Counted from the stretch's first letter, positions 29,261-39,595 are shown. The stretch is 64,000 bases of DNA from Poseidonia sp. (GCA_965661285.1 CBFIDD010000006.1:61887-125886), one strand, 5' to 3'. The notes: generated by a model not told the origin, from the sequence alone. Numbers and translations: made by a program.

Positions 29261-30637
29261 TCAATCACGTGCGGCCATTTCAAGCGTCCGAAACGGTGCT
29301 TCTTCGGAGGGGTACACACCCCAGTAGGCTTCTCGAGCCTCTTGATTCGCCTGCATGCACAGCACCACATCACCGGGTCGGTCCGGCATGGTTTGGGTGC
29401 CGTTCAGGTGCTCGATCATCGGCTGGATGTTGGACATGTTCACCACGCCCCAACCGACTTGTGTGCACGGTGCAACGGGAGAAATTGGCATGGTGCCTGC
29501 GCTTGGGTCCCAGGTGGAGAAGGAAGGATACCATGCGGACAAGTTCAATGCATTTCGTACCACGGCATTCGTGATGGCCGCCTCTGCTCCAGCATTGGGA
29601 TGACCCACCGGCCAAACACCGTTCACGAGCGAACCGTTGCGGCCTTCTGCTGATGCCCCCGAACCCATGTCGCCCACCTCTTCACGTAGATGTTCGAGCA
29701 CAAAGGAGAGAATACCGGCCGTTCGAGGCGTTGCAAAGGATGTCCCGGAGGTTTCGTGGTACCCGTCAACATCGTCGTGATTTGGCAACACTTGCGTCCA
29801 ATCAGCAGCGATATCGGGGTAGGACCCGCTCATGGTCTCTTTCTGGTCATCGCCCTCTTCTGCGTAGCCTGCGATGCCAATGGACCACGGAGGACCTGCC
29901 GTGGCGTCTTGAACAGCGGGTGATGGCGTATTATCGGCTGCACCGGTGTGAATCTTGTTGTTCACCACCACCGTTTGGTGTGTCCCTGTTTCGATACCGG
30001 GAACCGGAAGCGAACCAATGGCGCCAAAGGAAGTGGTCACGATGTCGACGAGCGGTTGGTTGCCGGCTGCAAGCACCGCTTCGGTGGAAAAACCCTCCAC
30101 GAAGAAAATCACGGCGTCGGGGTTGGCGTCCAACACCGCACCGGTGACGGCCGTGCCGTGCCCGTCAGAGGGGTCGTCAAGAATATGGATGTCGGTGCCA
30201 CCGTCGGGTGAAGTTCCGATGATTTTCGTGCCCTCAAAATATACAATGTCCGAGGTGGTGATGGTGTCCCAGCACGACGCTCTGTCAGCCTCGTAGCGTT
30301 CCTGCCATGTGCCCTCGAAGGTCGGGGTACAGGTCTTGGTCACACCAAGACCGTCGAGCAACCATTCGGGGTAGATCTCGTTGGTTCGGAAATGATCGTG
30401 ATAGACGTTGATGCCCGTATCAATGGGGGCGACAACGGAATACGGACGCCAATCATCTCCAGAAGGCTGAACGGCATTGACCAGGTTGGTGGTGGTGTCG
30501 GAGGAACCCAACATGGAGAAACCTACGAAAAGACTCGCAACGAGTAAGGTCGAGAGGAGAACCGCAAGCGGGCCTCTCCGGGTATCACCAGCGAGTGTTG
30601 ACTCATCAAGGAGGCCCGAATCCACCTTCTCATCCAT
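29261..30637 (-). CDS. S8 family (subtilisin-like) serine peptidase, membrane-anchored
   Basis: IDTG, HGTAVTG and SGTSFATP catalytic triad motifs; N-terminal TM. Confidence 0.9.
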   Translation of the reverse strand: MDEKVDSGLLDESTLAGDTRRGPLAVLLSTLLVASLFVGFSMLGSSDTTTNLVNAVQPSGDDWRPYSVVAPIDTGINVYHDHFRTNEIYPEWLLDGLGVTKTCTPTFEGTWQERYEADRASCWDTITTSDIVYFEGTKIIGTSPDGGTDIHILDDPSDGHGTAVTGAVLDANPDAVIFFVEGFSTEAVLAAGNQPLVDIVTTSFGAIGSLPVPGIETGTHQTVVVNNKIHTGAADNTPSPAVQDATAGPPWSIGIAGYAEEGDDQKETMSGSYPDIAADWTQVLPNHDDVDGYHETSGTSFATPRTAGILSFVLEHLREEVGDMGSGASAEGRNGSLVNGVWPVGHPNAGAEAAITNAVVRNALNLSAWYPSFSTWDPSAGTMPISPVAPCTQVGWGVVNMSNIQPMIEHLNGTQTMPDRPGDVVLCMQANQEAREAYWGVYPSEEAPFRTLEMAARD

Positions 30638-30684
30638 GGTTTTGCCTCGCCGTCATACACATCAAGGTATGCCTAAAATGGACA

Positions 30685-31641
30685 TCATTCCCATTCGATG
30701 GTACCCGGTGGCTTGTGCGTGATGTCGTAAACGACACGATTCACGGCACCCTTCACCGTGTTGGTGATACGGGTGCTGATCTTTTGCAAAATCTTGTGAG
30801 GGATTTCTGAGTATCGGGCAGACATGCCGTCCATTGACTGAACAGCGCGAACGACGATGGTTTCCCCATACGCTCGCACGTCACCGTGAACGCCAACACT
30901 GCGCACGGGCAAGAGGGCTGCAAAGTACTGCCATGGAATGTCCATTTCGCCTCGTTCGGCAGCGGCTTCAAATTCCTCTTCCACGATGGCACACGCCTCT
31001 CGCACGACCGCAACGCGCTCGGGTGTCAATTCACCGAGGGTACGAACGGCCAAACCGGGTCCAGGGAAGGGTTGACGCTCGGCGACATTGATGTCAAGGT
31101 TGCGAGCCAATTCGCGAACCTCATCCTTGTAGAGTTCACGCAGCGGCTCAACCACTTCCAGGGTCATGTCTTCCGGTAGACCACCGACGTTGTGGTGCGA
31201 CTTGATGGTGTCTCGCACGCCACCTCCCGATTCAATCCAATCGGGGGCGATGGTCCCTTGTACGAGGTATTTGGCTCCGCATTTTTTCTGCTCGTCTTCA
31301 AAGATTCGAATGAACAATTCACCGATGACCTTTCGCTTCTGTTCAGGTTCGGTGACGCCCTTGAGCGCTTCGAAATACCGGTCTGCGGCTTTGACCGTGA
31401 TGAGATTGATCCCCTGTGCTTCGAGGAGAGCTTCAATTTGCTCGGTCTCGTTCTTTCGCATGAACCCTGTATCGACATAGACACAGTGGAGAAGATCGCC
31501 GACGGCTTTGTTCGCGATGACGGCCGCTACGGTCGAATCCACACCGCCAGAACACGCGATAATGGCCACGTCGTCAATGGTCGCCTTGAGGGATTCAATG
31601 CTCTCAGCAATGAATTCCTCGGCGTCAAACATCTCAGGCAC
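30685..31641 (-). CDS. guaA: GMP synthase, ATP pyrophosphatase subunit (archaeal split type)
   Basis: SGGVDSTV, PEQKRKVIG, QGTIAPDWIES, IKSHHNVGGLP, PFPGPGLAVR, KPPGTIEWE. Confidence 0.96.
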   Translation of the reverse strand: MPEMFDAEEFIAESIESLKATIDDVAIIACSGGVDSTVAAVIANKAVGDLLHCVYVDTGFMRKNETEQIEALLEAQGINLITVKAADRYFEALKGVTEPEQKRKVIGELFIRIFEDEQKKCGAKYLVQGTIAPDWIESGGGVRDTIKSHHNVGGLPEDMTLEVVEPLRELYKDEVRELARNLDINVAERQPFPGPGLAVRTLGELTPERVAVVREACAIVEEEFEAAAERGEMDIPWQYFAALLPVRSVGVHGDVRAYGETIVVRAVQSMDGMSARYSEIPHKILQKISTRITNTVKGAVNRVVYDITHKPPGTIEWE

Positions 31642-32113
31642 CGCCGTTAACTTCCTTGTCTTGGGCCTTCACTCGGTCGATTTGGTCAAGTTTGTTCTGC
31701 TCAAGCGCAGCGGAATACTTGGGGTTGGAAAGCGCCAACATTTGGACGGCGAGATAGCCGGCGTTGTCGCCACGGTCAACGCCGACGGTTGCTGCAGGAA
31801 CACCGGGTGGAAGTTGAGCGATGGAGAGGAGAGAATCGTAGGGGACACGACCGCCACAAGGCACGCCGATCACGGGCTTTGTGGTCAGTGCAGCGACGGC
31901 GCCGGGGAGGGCTGCTGCAAGGCCGGCCATGGCGATGAACACCGAACAGCCGTCGTCAATGGCGTCACCGACGATTTGCTCGACGAACTTTGGCGAGCGG
32001 TGGGCTGAGGCGACCCGAAGTTGGTAAGGAACATCGAAGTGTTCCAAAATTTTCGTGCACTTTTGGGCGATTGGGAGGTCTGAGGAAGACCCGAGCAATA
32101 TGGTTACATCCAT
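31634..32113 (-). CDS. purE: N5-CAIR mutase / AIR carboxylase
   Basis: GSSSD, SAHRSP, AGLAAALPG, PVIGVP, PPGVPAATV. Confidence 0.96.
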   Translation of the reverse strand: MDVTILLGSSSDLPIAQKCTKILEHFDVPYQLRVASAHRSPKFVEQIVGDAIDDGCSVFIAMAGLAAALPGAVAALTTKPVIGVPCGGRVPYDSLLSIAQLPPGVPAATVGVDRGDNAGYLAVQMLALSNPKYSAALEQNKLDQIDRVKAQDKEVNGGA

Positions 32114-32175
32114 GACGATTTCCCAGCGCGGGTGGTTCTTTATGATGACTGATTCAACCGATGAGTGAGGTCATC

Positions 32176-32844
32176 TCATTCTTCGGCGGATGCGATGGAT
32201 GAATCATCTCGCAGGACCTCAAAATCAAGGCCCCACGCCGTGTAGGCTGGGAGCGCCGATTCGGGAACTAGGGGTTCGAGACAAAGAAAGGTTGCATCGC
32301 CGTCCACGGCACCGTACATCGTACACAGGCCGCCTTGAGGAAAGCGATAGATCCCCATTCGGCCGTTTGTCCATCGTCCGTATTGCACACCCCAGTTTTT
32401 CATCGCGCCCTGTGGAAGCGGTGTTTTCACCGACCAGGGTGTCCGCAAGGCGGGCGCGTTACAGGAGGCGAGGTGGTTCAAACTCACGTACATGTTGGCC
32501 ACGGCACCGAACACCAAGCCGTAGGAAACCCACCACCACGCGTCCAATTCCAGCCCCCAAACTACACCGATGCTCACGGCTGCCGAAACAAGGGTCGCCA
32601 CCGTCAATTGCATTCGCGGTTCTTGAAGGGATGAGCGACGTTGCCCAGCACCGGAGGCAAAGGCCAAGATGAGCATCAAGAGGGCCACGGCGGCCAAGGT
32701 CAAACGGTGCTGTGCATACCGCGAGAAGATGGCCATCAACACCATGAACCCGACCGGTAACAGCGCCCAGGAAAAGGCGAGCAAGGTGATGGCAAAATCC
32801 TGCTCCACCTCGGTTGCACGCCAACCGTCCGGTACGTCATCCAC
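32176..32844 (-). CDS. Hypothetical membrane protein (4 TM)
   Basis: Hydrophobic segments; start moved to GTG 32844 to avoid overlap with gcvPB (start uncertain). Confidence 0.65.
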   Translation of the reverse strand: MDDVPDGWRATEVEQDFAITLLAFSWALLPVGFMVLMAIFSRYAQHRLTLAAVALLMLILAFASGAGQRRSSLQEPRMQLTVATLVSAAVSIGVVWGLELDAWWWVSYGLVFGAVANMYVSLNHLASCNAPALRTPWSVKTPLPQGAMKNWGVQYGRWTNGRMGIYRFPQGGLCTMYGAVDGDATFLCLEPLVPESALPAYTAWGLDFEVLRDDSSIASAEE

Positions 32845-32884
32845 GACGCTTGGTCGGGGATGCGTGGAATAATTCTTCCTCAAT

Positions 32885-34384
32885 TCACGCTTCATCATAG
32901 GGATGACGCAGGCAGAGATTTCGCGCAGCGTACACCTCGTCAACCCGACGAACCGGCGTGGTGATGGGAGCTTCATGGAGCGCCTCTGGGTCGGTCTTCA
33001 AGACTTCAGCAAATTGTTGGGCAAACGTGTCGAGGGTGTCCTTCGACTCGGTTTCGGTCGGCTCGATCATCATGCACTCGGGGACGACCAGTGGGAAGTA
33101 GACGGTGGGCGCCATGTACCCTCGGTCGAGCAGACCTTTGGCGACGTCCATAGCGGAAATGCCCAGCGCTTCCTTCGCAGGTTGCATCGAGAGGGTAAAC
33201 TCGTGCTTGGCCACCTCGGTCTCAGCACCGTCCTCAAAGAGATGGTCGACACCGGCTTCCTTGGCTGCGCGGTGAATCGCATGGCGAAGATAGTTGGCGT
33301 TGAGGACGGCGTGCTCGGACATGGTCTTCAGTCCTGAACCGTAGCGTCGATAGTACGCCCAGCAGCGAATGACAGCACCAGCGTTGCCGTGCCATTGTTG
33401 CACCTTGCCGATGCTGTGTTCGGGTTGCTCCCAATGGTACCAGTGTTCGTCCACCGTGGAAGGGAGTTCGTCGGCCGTTGGCGCTCGCCGGGCTGCGAGT
33501 GGACCTGGCAAGAAGGGAGCCAGGTGAGCTTTCACGCCAATGGGACCCGAGCCGGGACCGCCACCGCCGTGAGGTTGTGAGAAGGTTTTGTGCAGGTTGA
33601 AGTGAACCGCATCGAAGCCCATCAAACCCGGAGACGTGATCCCAAGGATGGCGTTGAAGTTCGCGCCGTCGTAGTACATTTGACCGCCAGCCTTGTGAAC
33701 AATTTCGCTGGCAGCCTTGATGTCGGCTTCGAACAATCCGAGGGTGTTGGGGTTTGTGATCATCATCGCAGCCGTGGTTTCATCGGCCACGGCAGCGAGG
33801 GCGTCCAAATCCATTCGACCGTCCTCGAGGCTCGGAATTTCAACGATTTCAAAACCCGACATGGCGGCGCTGGCAGGGTTGGTGCCGTGAGCCGAGTCCG
33901 GCACGATGACCTTGGTTCGCTTGTCATCGCCACGCAGGCGGAAATACTCCTGAATGCAACGCACAGCCGTAAATTCACCCTGCGCACCGGCAACGGGTTG
34001 GAGGGTGACCTGGTCCATGCCAGCGCAGACCTCCAACATGTGTTGCATTTCGTAGAAGATGGACAGCAAGCCTTGGAGATGATGCTCGGGCTGATGGGGA
34101 TGGATGTCGGCAATGCCGGGGAGTTGTGCGATGACTTCGTTCACTCTCGGGTTGTGCTTCATCGTGCAGGAGCCCAACGGATAGAAGCCGGTGTCAATAC
34201 CGAAGTTTCGCTTTGACAACCACGTGTAATGGCGCACCATTTCCGGCTCGGAGAGTCGTGGCCACCTGGCGGCGTCTTTGCGTATGAGACCCTTTGGCAC
34301 GGCGGGTTGCGTCGAGGTGCTGAGGGCCGCAGGCTGGCTGTAGCCAGTGTTTTCGGCGCCGTTGTGGTTGAACAGATGGCTCAT
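32885..34384 (-). CDS. gcvPB: Glycine dehydrogenase (decarboxylating) subunit 2
   Basis: YPLGSCTMKHNP, AGAQGE, SAHGTNPASA, HFNLHKTF.QPHGGGGPG, EPTETE; ATG 34384 overlaps the gcvPA stop. Confidence 0.96.
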   Translation of the reverse strand: MSHLFNHNGAENTGYSQPAALSTSTQPAVPKGLIRKDAARWPRLSEPEMVRHYTWLSKRNFGIDTGFYPLGSCTMKHNPRVNEVIAQLPGIADIHPHQPEHHLQGLLSIFYEMQHMLEVCAGMDQVTLQPVAGAQGEFTAVRCIQEYFRLRGDDKRTKVIVPDSAHGTNPASAAMSGFEIVEIPSLEDGRMDLDALAAVADETTAAMMITNPNTLGLFEADIKAASEIVHKAGGQMYYDGANFNAILGITSPGLMGFDAVHFNLHKTFSQPHGGGGPGSGPIGVKAHLAPFLPGPLAARRAPTADELPSTVDEHWYHWEQPEHSIGKVQQWHGNAGAVIRCWAYYRRYGSGLKTMSEHAVLNANYLRHAIHRAAKEAGVDHLFEDGAETEVAKHEFTLSMQPAKEALGISAMDVAKGLLDRGYMAPTVYFPLVVPECMMIEPTETESKDTLDTFAQQFAEVLKTDPEALHEAPITTPVRRVDEVYAARNLCLRHPYDEA

Positions 34385-35754
34385 GCTTCCACCCCCGAAT
34401 GCGACGACCACATCGCTAATTGAGCGGAGAGCGCCTCGATTTCACGCAGTGTTGTTTGGTCGGTGGCGGTCACCAAGATTTGGTTGGTCGTCCCTTCGTA
34501 CCAGCTTCCAAGGTCCAAGCCTCCGATGATGCCGATGCTGTCAAGATAAGCCAAACAGGCTTCGGCAGACCCCGGCACTTCAATGGCGAATTCGTTGAAG
34601 TGGTGCGCATCGTGAACGAGACGGACACCGGGCGTTTCGGCCAGCACGTCCTTGGCTTTTTGACAGGCCATCATGTTTCGATGGGCGAGTTCTCGCAAAC
34701 CGTCGGGGCCGAGCAAAGCCATGTGCATGGCGCCCATGAGCGCAATCAGGGTTTCGTTGGTGCAGATGTTTGACGTGGCTCGGTGCCGACGAATGTGTTG
34801 CTCACGGGTTGAGAGCGTCAAGCAGTACGCTTCTTTCCCATCGACGTCAATCGAACGGCCAACGATTCGGCCTGGCATCAAACGAAGGTAGGGCTTGGTG
34901 CAGGCGAAGATGCCGTAGAGCGGGCCGCCGCCGGTAACCGGACTTCCCAAGGGTTGACCCTCCCCGACAACAATGTCGGCTCCGTAGTGTCCCGGTGCTT
35001 CAACCACACCCAACGAGACCGGCTGAACACCAACGATGAGGGCGGTGTTTGAACCGATGATCTCCTTCACGGCGGTCAATCCTTCGTCGAGAACTCCGAG
35101 CGGATTTGGTTGTTCAAGGTACACGCCGCATGAGCCAGCAGCCGCCTTGAGGTCCTCAAGGTCAAGGGTTCCATCGTCGTTGTGGGCGATGAAACGAATG
35201 TCGATTTCTGCACCTTGGCAGTAGTTCTGCATGACCGACAACTTGTCCGGTGGCGTCAGGGCGGAGACATACACCGTGTCCGGTTGGCTGGCTTTTCGGT
35301 TGTGGACACGCACAGCGCAGGTGAGCGCTTCTGCAGCCGCCGTCGAGCCGTCATAAAGCGAGAGGTTCGCAATGGGCAGGCCAACCAGTTCTGAAATCAG
35401 CGTTTGGAATTCCCACATCGCCTGCAGCATACCTTGGCTCACTTCGGGCTGGTAGGGCGTGTACGCTGTCAAAAATTCACCACGGGTGACGAGCTGAAAC
35501 ACCGAAGCAGGGACATAATTACGATACAAGCCGGCGCCGAGGAAGGAAGGACGGGAACCCATGGCGACGTTGGAGCCGAGCAGTCGGCGAGCATCGCTGA
35601 GAATTTCCTCTTCCGATTGTGGTGCGGGAAGCGGCAACTCGCCCTTAAAGCGCACATCTTCGGGAATGTCTGCGAACAAATCCTCCATGGATTTGAGTCC
35701 CATTTCTTGCAACATTTCTGCTTCTCGGCCTCGGTTTGGTAGTTGGTCAACCAT
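34381..35754 (-). CDS. gcvPA: Glycine dehydrogenase (decarboxylating) subunit 1
   Basis: FLGAG, EFLTAYTPYQPEVSQG.LQ, TREQHIRR.RATSNICTN; likely start ATG 35754 (MVDQLPN). Confidence 0.96.
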   Translation of the reverse strand: MVDQLPNRGREAEMLQEMGLKSMEDLFADIPEDVRFKGELPLPAPQSEEEILSDARRLLGSNVAMGSRPSFLGAGLYRNYVPASVFQLVTRGEFLTAYTPYQPEVSQGMLQAMWEFQTLISELVGLPIANLSLYDGSTAAAEALTCAVRVHNRKASQPDTVYVSALTPPDKLSVMQNYCQGAEIDIRFIAHNDDGTLDLEDLKAAAGSCGVYLEQPNPLGVLDEGLTAVKEIIGSNTALIVGVQPVSLGVVEAPGHYGADIVVGEGQPLGSPVTGGGPLYGIFACTKPYLRLMPGRIVGRSIDVDGKEAYCLTLSTREQHIRRHRATSNICTNETLIALMGAMHMALLGPDGLRELAHRNMMACQKAKDVLAETPGVRLVHDAHHFNEFAIEVPGSAEACLAYLDSIGIIGGLDLGSWYEGTTNQILVTATDQTTLREIEALSAQLAMWSSHSGVEA

Positions 35755-35874
35755 GATGCACGCACTCCACCGGTTGGGAATGTTGACCTCCATACGCGCT
35801 CCGCTCATAATGAATTGCTTCGCTCCACTTGAATACAGGGAACACGCTATCACGAGAAAGCCCGTGCGGCAAGC

Positions 35875-37023
35875 ATGGTCCGAGTGGCAATGGTGGTCAC
35901 CAATGCTTGCGCCCCGGACCCACGCGTTCTGCGCCATGCAAGGTGGATGCAAGAAGCCGGCTACAGCGTGACGGTCCATGCCTTTGACCGTACAGAAGAA
36001 CATGCGATGAGCGAGAATCACCACGGCGTTCGCATCATGCGCTACAGGCTGGGCCCCGTGGCCTACGGGGGAACGCTCAACACCTACCGTGGCATTCGGA
36101 GGTTCCATCAGAAGGTGGTCCGGACGTTGAGCAACGACCCGCCCGCTTTGGTCTACTGCCACGATGCCGACACGCTCCACATCGGTTGCGCCCTCAAAGC
36201 GTCTCACGGCGTCCCGTTTGTCTTTGACATGCACGACCTCGCCCATACTTGGGTACGCTATGCTGCCCCGAACTCTCGGCTGCGTGCTGCCGTGAGCGGT
36301 CAAATGAAAAAGCGCATGTTGGCCCGTGCAAAGAAAGCAGCGACGATTATCACCTCAAGCGCACAAGTCAACGAGAACGGTCCTCGAGGATTTGTTGAAT
36401 GGCTGAAGCATCACGGCCTCGATGGGTGTGTCGTCGAAAATCGTCCGATGCCACCGTTTGGCGAGGTGAAAACACAGCCTGAGGACGAATGGACCGTCGG
36501 CTACATCGGTCGCGTTCGGGACATCAAAGCCTTTGACCTGCTGGTGCGAGCCGTCAAAACACTTCCACCTCACGACCGACCAAAGATTCGCGTTGCGGGC
36601 GACGGTACGGCTGCGGCCAAGGTACGCATCATGCTCATGGAAGAAGTGGAGCAGGGCCACCTCAACGCCGAGGTCAGCGGAGCCTTTGGGCAGGAGGACC
36701 TCCACGACCTTGTTTCTGAGGTGGATGTCATGTACGCCATGTATGCTCCACTGCGAGGCAACATCCTCCAAGGCGCCTTACCGGTGAAGATGTTCGATGC
36801 TGCTGCACAAGGCATTCCCTGCGTGGTGAACGATGACTGCCTCATGGGCGACCTCGTGCGCTCGGAGGGACTTGGACTCGCCGTTCCTTGGAACGAGCCG
36901 GAACACATCGGTCGTGCGCTGGTTGAGCTCAAGAAGCAGGTGGTTGGCTTGAAGGCAAGCGGTGAGCGAGAGCGAAAGCGATGGCTTGACGCCATGGCCG
37001 AGGTGTTCGCGCTGATTCAGTAG
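35875..37023 (+). CDS. Glycosyltransferase family 4 (GT-B)
   Basis: DPRV, CHDADTL, FDMHD, VGYIGRV, LPVKMFDAAAQGIP. Confidence 0.88.
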   Translation: MVRVAMVVTNACAPDPRVLRHARWMQEAGYSVTVHAFDRTEEHAMSENHHGVRIMRYRLGPVAYGGTLNTYRGIRRFHQKVVRTLSNDPPALVYCHDADTLHIGCALKASHGVPFVFDMHDLAHTWVRYAAPNSRLRAAVSGQMKKRMLARAKKAATIITSSAQVNENGPRGFVEWLKHHGLDGCVVENRPMPPFGEVKTQPEDEWTVGYIGRVRDIKAFDLLVRAVKTLPPHDRPKIRVAGDGTAAAKVRIMLMEEVEQGHLNAEVSGAFGQEDLHDLVSEVDVMYAMYAPLRGNILQGALPVKMFDAAAQGIPCVVNDDCLMGDLVRSEGLGLAVPWNEPEHIGRALVELKKQVVGLKASGERERKRWLDAMAEVFALIQ

Positions 37024-38180
37024 AAAGGCGGGCGAACAACGACAGCCTTGACCGATTTTCGGGGACTGGCCACCACCAGGACCTCATCGCCTTCCTCCAC
37101 ACCTGCGAGGTAGCCGATACCGATACCAACATTGTCAAGACTTGGCGAGGGTGCGCCAGAAGAAAGACGACCGAGGGCCTGACCATCGAGGGACGTGACC
37201 GCTTTGCCGGGTCGTGGGAGCGGGCCTTTTTCCACATACTTGACCCCCCACCAGCGTTCATCTGCAGGGTCGTGGCCAATCACACGATGTTTACCGATGA
37301 AGTCGTGGTCCAAATCCAGGCCAAAGGGCACGTTGGTTTCCCAAGAATCACGGGAGAGGAAGTCATCATCGTCCTGCGAGAGCGCAGGCGAACAGAAGTC
37401 AACACCGGACAAAAGGTAGCCTTTCTCCAGTCTCAGCGTATCTCGGGCGCCCAAACCCACCGGCGTTGCACCGTTGGCGACGAGGGCACGCCAGAGCGCC
37501 GGAGCAGAGGCGTTGGGTACGAAAATTTCGTAGCCGGCCTCGCCAGTATACCCGGTTCCTTGAATCCAGCCGGTGGTGCCCAAGGCATTGTCGGTGAGCG
37601 CTCGCCACTTGAAGCGACCCACATGCTGGCCCTCACCCATGGCCGCATCGAGAATGGTTTTGGCCTCCGGACCCTGAAGGGCCATGATGGAGGTTGAGGC
37701 TGAGAGATTTTCCATCTCTACCGAACCGTCTTCGGGGAGATGTTTGCTGAACCAGGACCACATGACGTCGATCATGGAGGCATTGGGGACACCCAAGATT
37801 TCCGATTCGCTGACAACGGCGAAAATCATGTCATCGATCAAAAACCCGTCCTCATCGAGGAAGTGGGTGTAGGCACAACGCGGTGGTTGGATGGCCGAGA
37901 CACGCTGCGTTGCGATGGATTCCAGCCATTCACGAACATGGGGCCCTGTGAATCGAAACGAGCCCATGTGCGAGACATCAAAAAGACCGGCACCGGAACG
38001 GGTGGCCAGATGTTCCTGCTTGATGTTGGAGTACCAAATCGGAAGTTCAAAACCGTGGAAATCAACCATGTTCGCATCCAATGCCAGATGCTCCTCATAC
38101 AGCGCAGTTCGTACCGGTGCGGTGCCGCTCATGGCCTGCTGTCGTCCGAAGGACTCCATAAACATCCGTTCACGATTCAT
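37017..38180 (-). CDS. gcvT: Glycine cleavage system aminomethyltransferase T
   Basis: RTALYEEH, MVDFHGFELP, GLFDVSHMG, ALQGP, TGYTGE.GYE, GLGARDTLRLEKG. Confidence 0.95.
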   Translation of the reverse strand: MNRERMFMESFGRQQAMSGTAPVRTALYEEHLALDANMVDFHGFELPIWYSNIKQEHLATRSGAGLFDVSHMGSFRFTGPHVREWLESIATQRVSAIQPPRCAYTHFLDEDGFLIDDMIFAVVSESEILGVPNASMIDVMWSWFSKHLPEDGSVEMENLSASTSIMALQGPEAKTILDAAMGEGQHVGRFKWRALTDNALGTTGWIQGTGYTGEAGYEIFVPNASAPALWRALVANGATPVGLGARDTLRLEKGYLLSGVDFCSPALSQDDDDFLSRDSWETNVPFGLDLDHDFIGKHRVIGHDPADERWWGVKYVEKGPLPRPGKAVTSLDGQALGRLSSGAPSPSLDNVGIGIGYLAGVEEGDEVLVVASPRKSVKAVVVRPPFY

Positions 38181-39595
38181 TGCGTAGCTGGAAGCCCGCG
38201 CGTGATTTCGGTGCCGTGATGAATTACACGCTCGAGGAAACGGTCAAGCGTATCTCGGTTGACGTGTTGATTCACCACCACCATCCGTATGATGACATCA
38301 TCACCGATGTTGGACCGACTCACCATGAACGAGCCCTCTTGTATCAACCGATTGCGGATTTCGGTGTTGAGTTCGTTCAAATCCACGCTTCCGTCCTCAC
38401 TGGTGTAGCGGAAGCAGACGTTGGTCCACATGCGAGAGGACATCATCTCCAAGCGAGGATGAGCTGCAATGTTCTGCTCAAGGTACGCTGCGTCTGCCAT
38501 GCGTGTATCCACCATACGAGCCCATCCAGCATCCCCACGAGCTCGCCATTCAAGCCAGAGTTTGAGGGCGTCGTTTCGCCGTGCACACTGGAGTGAATAG
38601 CGCCCCAAATCGTCGAGTTCGGCATCGCTGTGGAAGAGATAGTGGGCGACGTTGGTGTGGTCGCACAGGCGCCGCAAAACAACGGGGTTTTTGACCAAAA
38701 ATGCGCTACAGATGAGCGGAACACCCATCATTTTGTGCGCGTCCCAGCACACACTGTCGGCTTTTTCGACCCCGTCCATCAATCTGCGGTGCTCGTTCGA
38801 GAACAAGCATGTGCCTCCCCAAGCCGCGTCGACATGGAGCCAAAGGTTCTCCCGGTGAGCAATCGTTGAAAGGGCCTCGAGATCATCATAAGCACCCCGC
38901 ACGGTGGTTGCAGCGGTCGCAACAACGCAAAGCGGTGTCAGACCTTCTTTCCGTGCAAAGGCAATTTCGTCCTCAAGCCGTTCGGGCATCATTCGCCCGT
39001 CTTCATCGCACTGAACCTTAACGATGTTTTGATGACCGATTCCGATCACGTTAGCCGCCATGAGAACGGAGTAGTGAGCCTCCGCTGATACGAAGATGAC
39101 CGATGAACGCCCGTCAAACCCTGTTTTTGTTGAACCGACCATCTGGTGTTCCCGGGCGCAGAGCATACCCAGCATGTTGCCGTTGGAGCCGCCTGTGGTC
39201 AGGGTTCCAAAACCGTCGGGAAAGCCGACCATTTCGCACATCCTGCGAAGGATGGTTTGTTCGATGACGGTGGCGATCGGGGACAACTCGTAGGTGTACA
39301 TCGAGTTGTTTGTCATGGAGGCGATCATCTCGCCTGCCAGGGCTGGAAGGGACAAACCGCCCCAAAGCGGATTCATAAATTCAGGGCGATGCGTCTTGAC
39401 GCTGTTGGCGATGAAGGTATCCAAGTCGTCCAGGACATCGTTGAGTCCATGACCTTCGAGCGGGAGTTGCAAGTTCAAGGTCCGACGCATGGTGGCGAGA
39501 CTCGCAGGGGGGTTGACTCGACCGGGTTCATCTCTTGAGCTGATGTAGTTGACGATGCGTTTGGCAACTTCGTCGAGAAACTCGTTCGATTCCAT
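38177..39595 (-). CDS. Group II PLP-dependent amino-acid decarboxylase (GAD/CSAD-like)
   Basis: NNSMYTYELSP, GGSNGN, AHYS, HVDAAWGG, SVCWDAHKMMG (PLP lysine), QCARRNDALKLW. Confidence 0.9.
   Translation of the reverse strand: MESNEFLDEVAKRIVNYISSRDEPGRVNPPASLATMRRTLNLQLPLEGHGLNDVLDDLDTFIANSVKTHRPEFMNPLWGGLSLPALAGEMIASMTNNSMYTYELSPIATVIEQTILRRMCEMVGFPDGFGTLTTGGSNGNMLGMLCAREHQMVGSTKTGFDGRSSVIFVSAEAHYSVLMAANVIGIGHQNIVKVQCDEDGRMMPERLEDEIAFARKEGLTPLCVVATAATTVRGAYDDLEALSTIAHRENLWLHVDAAWGGTCLFSNEHRRLMDGVEKADSVCWDAHKMMGVPLICSAFLVKNPVVLRRLCDHTNVAHYLFHSDAELDDLGRYSLQCARRNDALKLWLEWRARGDAGWARMVDTRMADAAYLEQNIAAHPRLEMMSSRMWTNVCFRYTSEDGSVDLNELNTEIRNRLIQEGSFMVSRSNIGDDVIIRMVVVNQHVNRDTLDRFLERVIHHGTEITRGLPATQ

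Noticed and set aside
35755-36303. N-terminal extension of GcvPA (also the long 5' extensions of track ORFs 15388..16785, 28092.., 41813.., 60030..61640, 60663..)
   Set aside because: These extensions overlap opposite-strand genes, a tRNA or neighbouring genes and promoter regions, and are not protein-like; starts were reassigned downstream.
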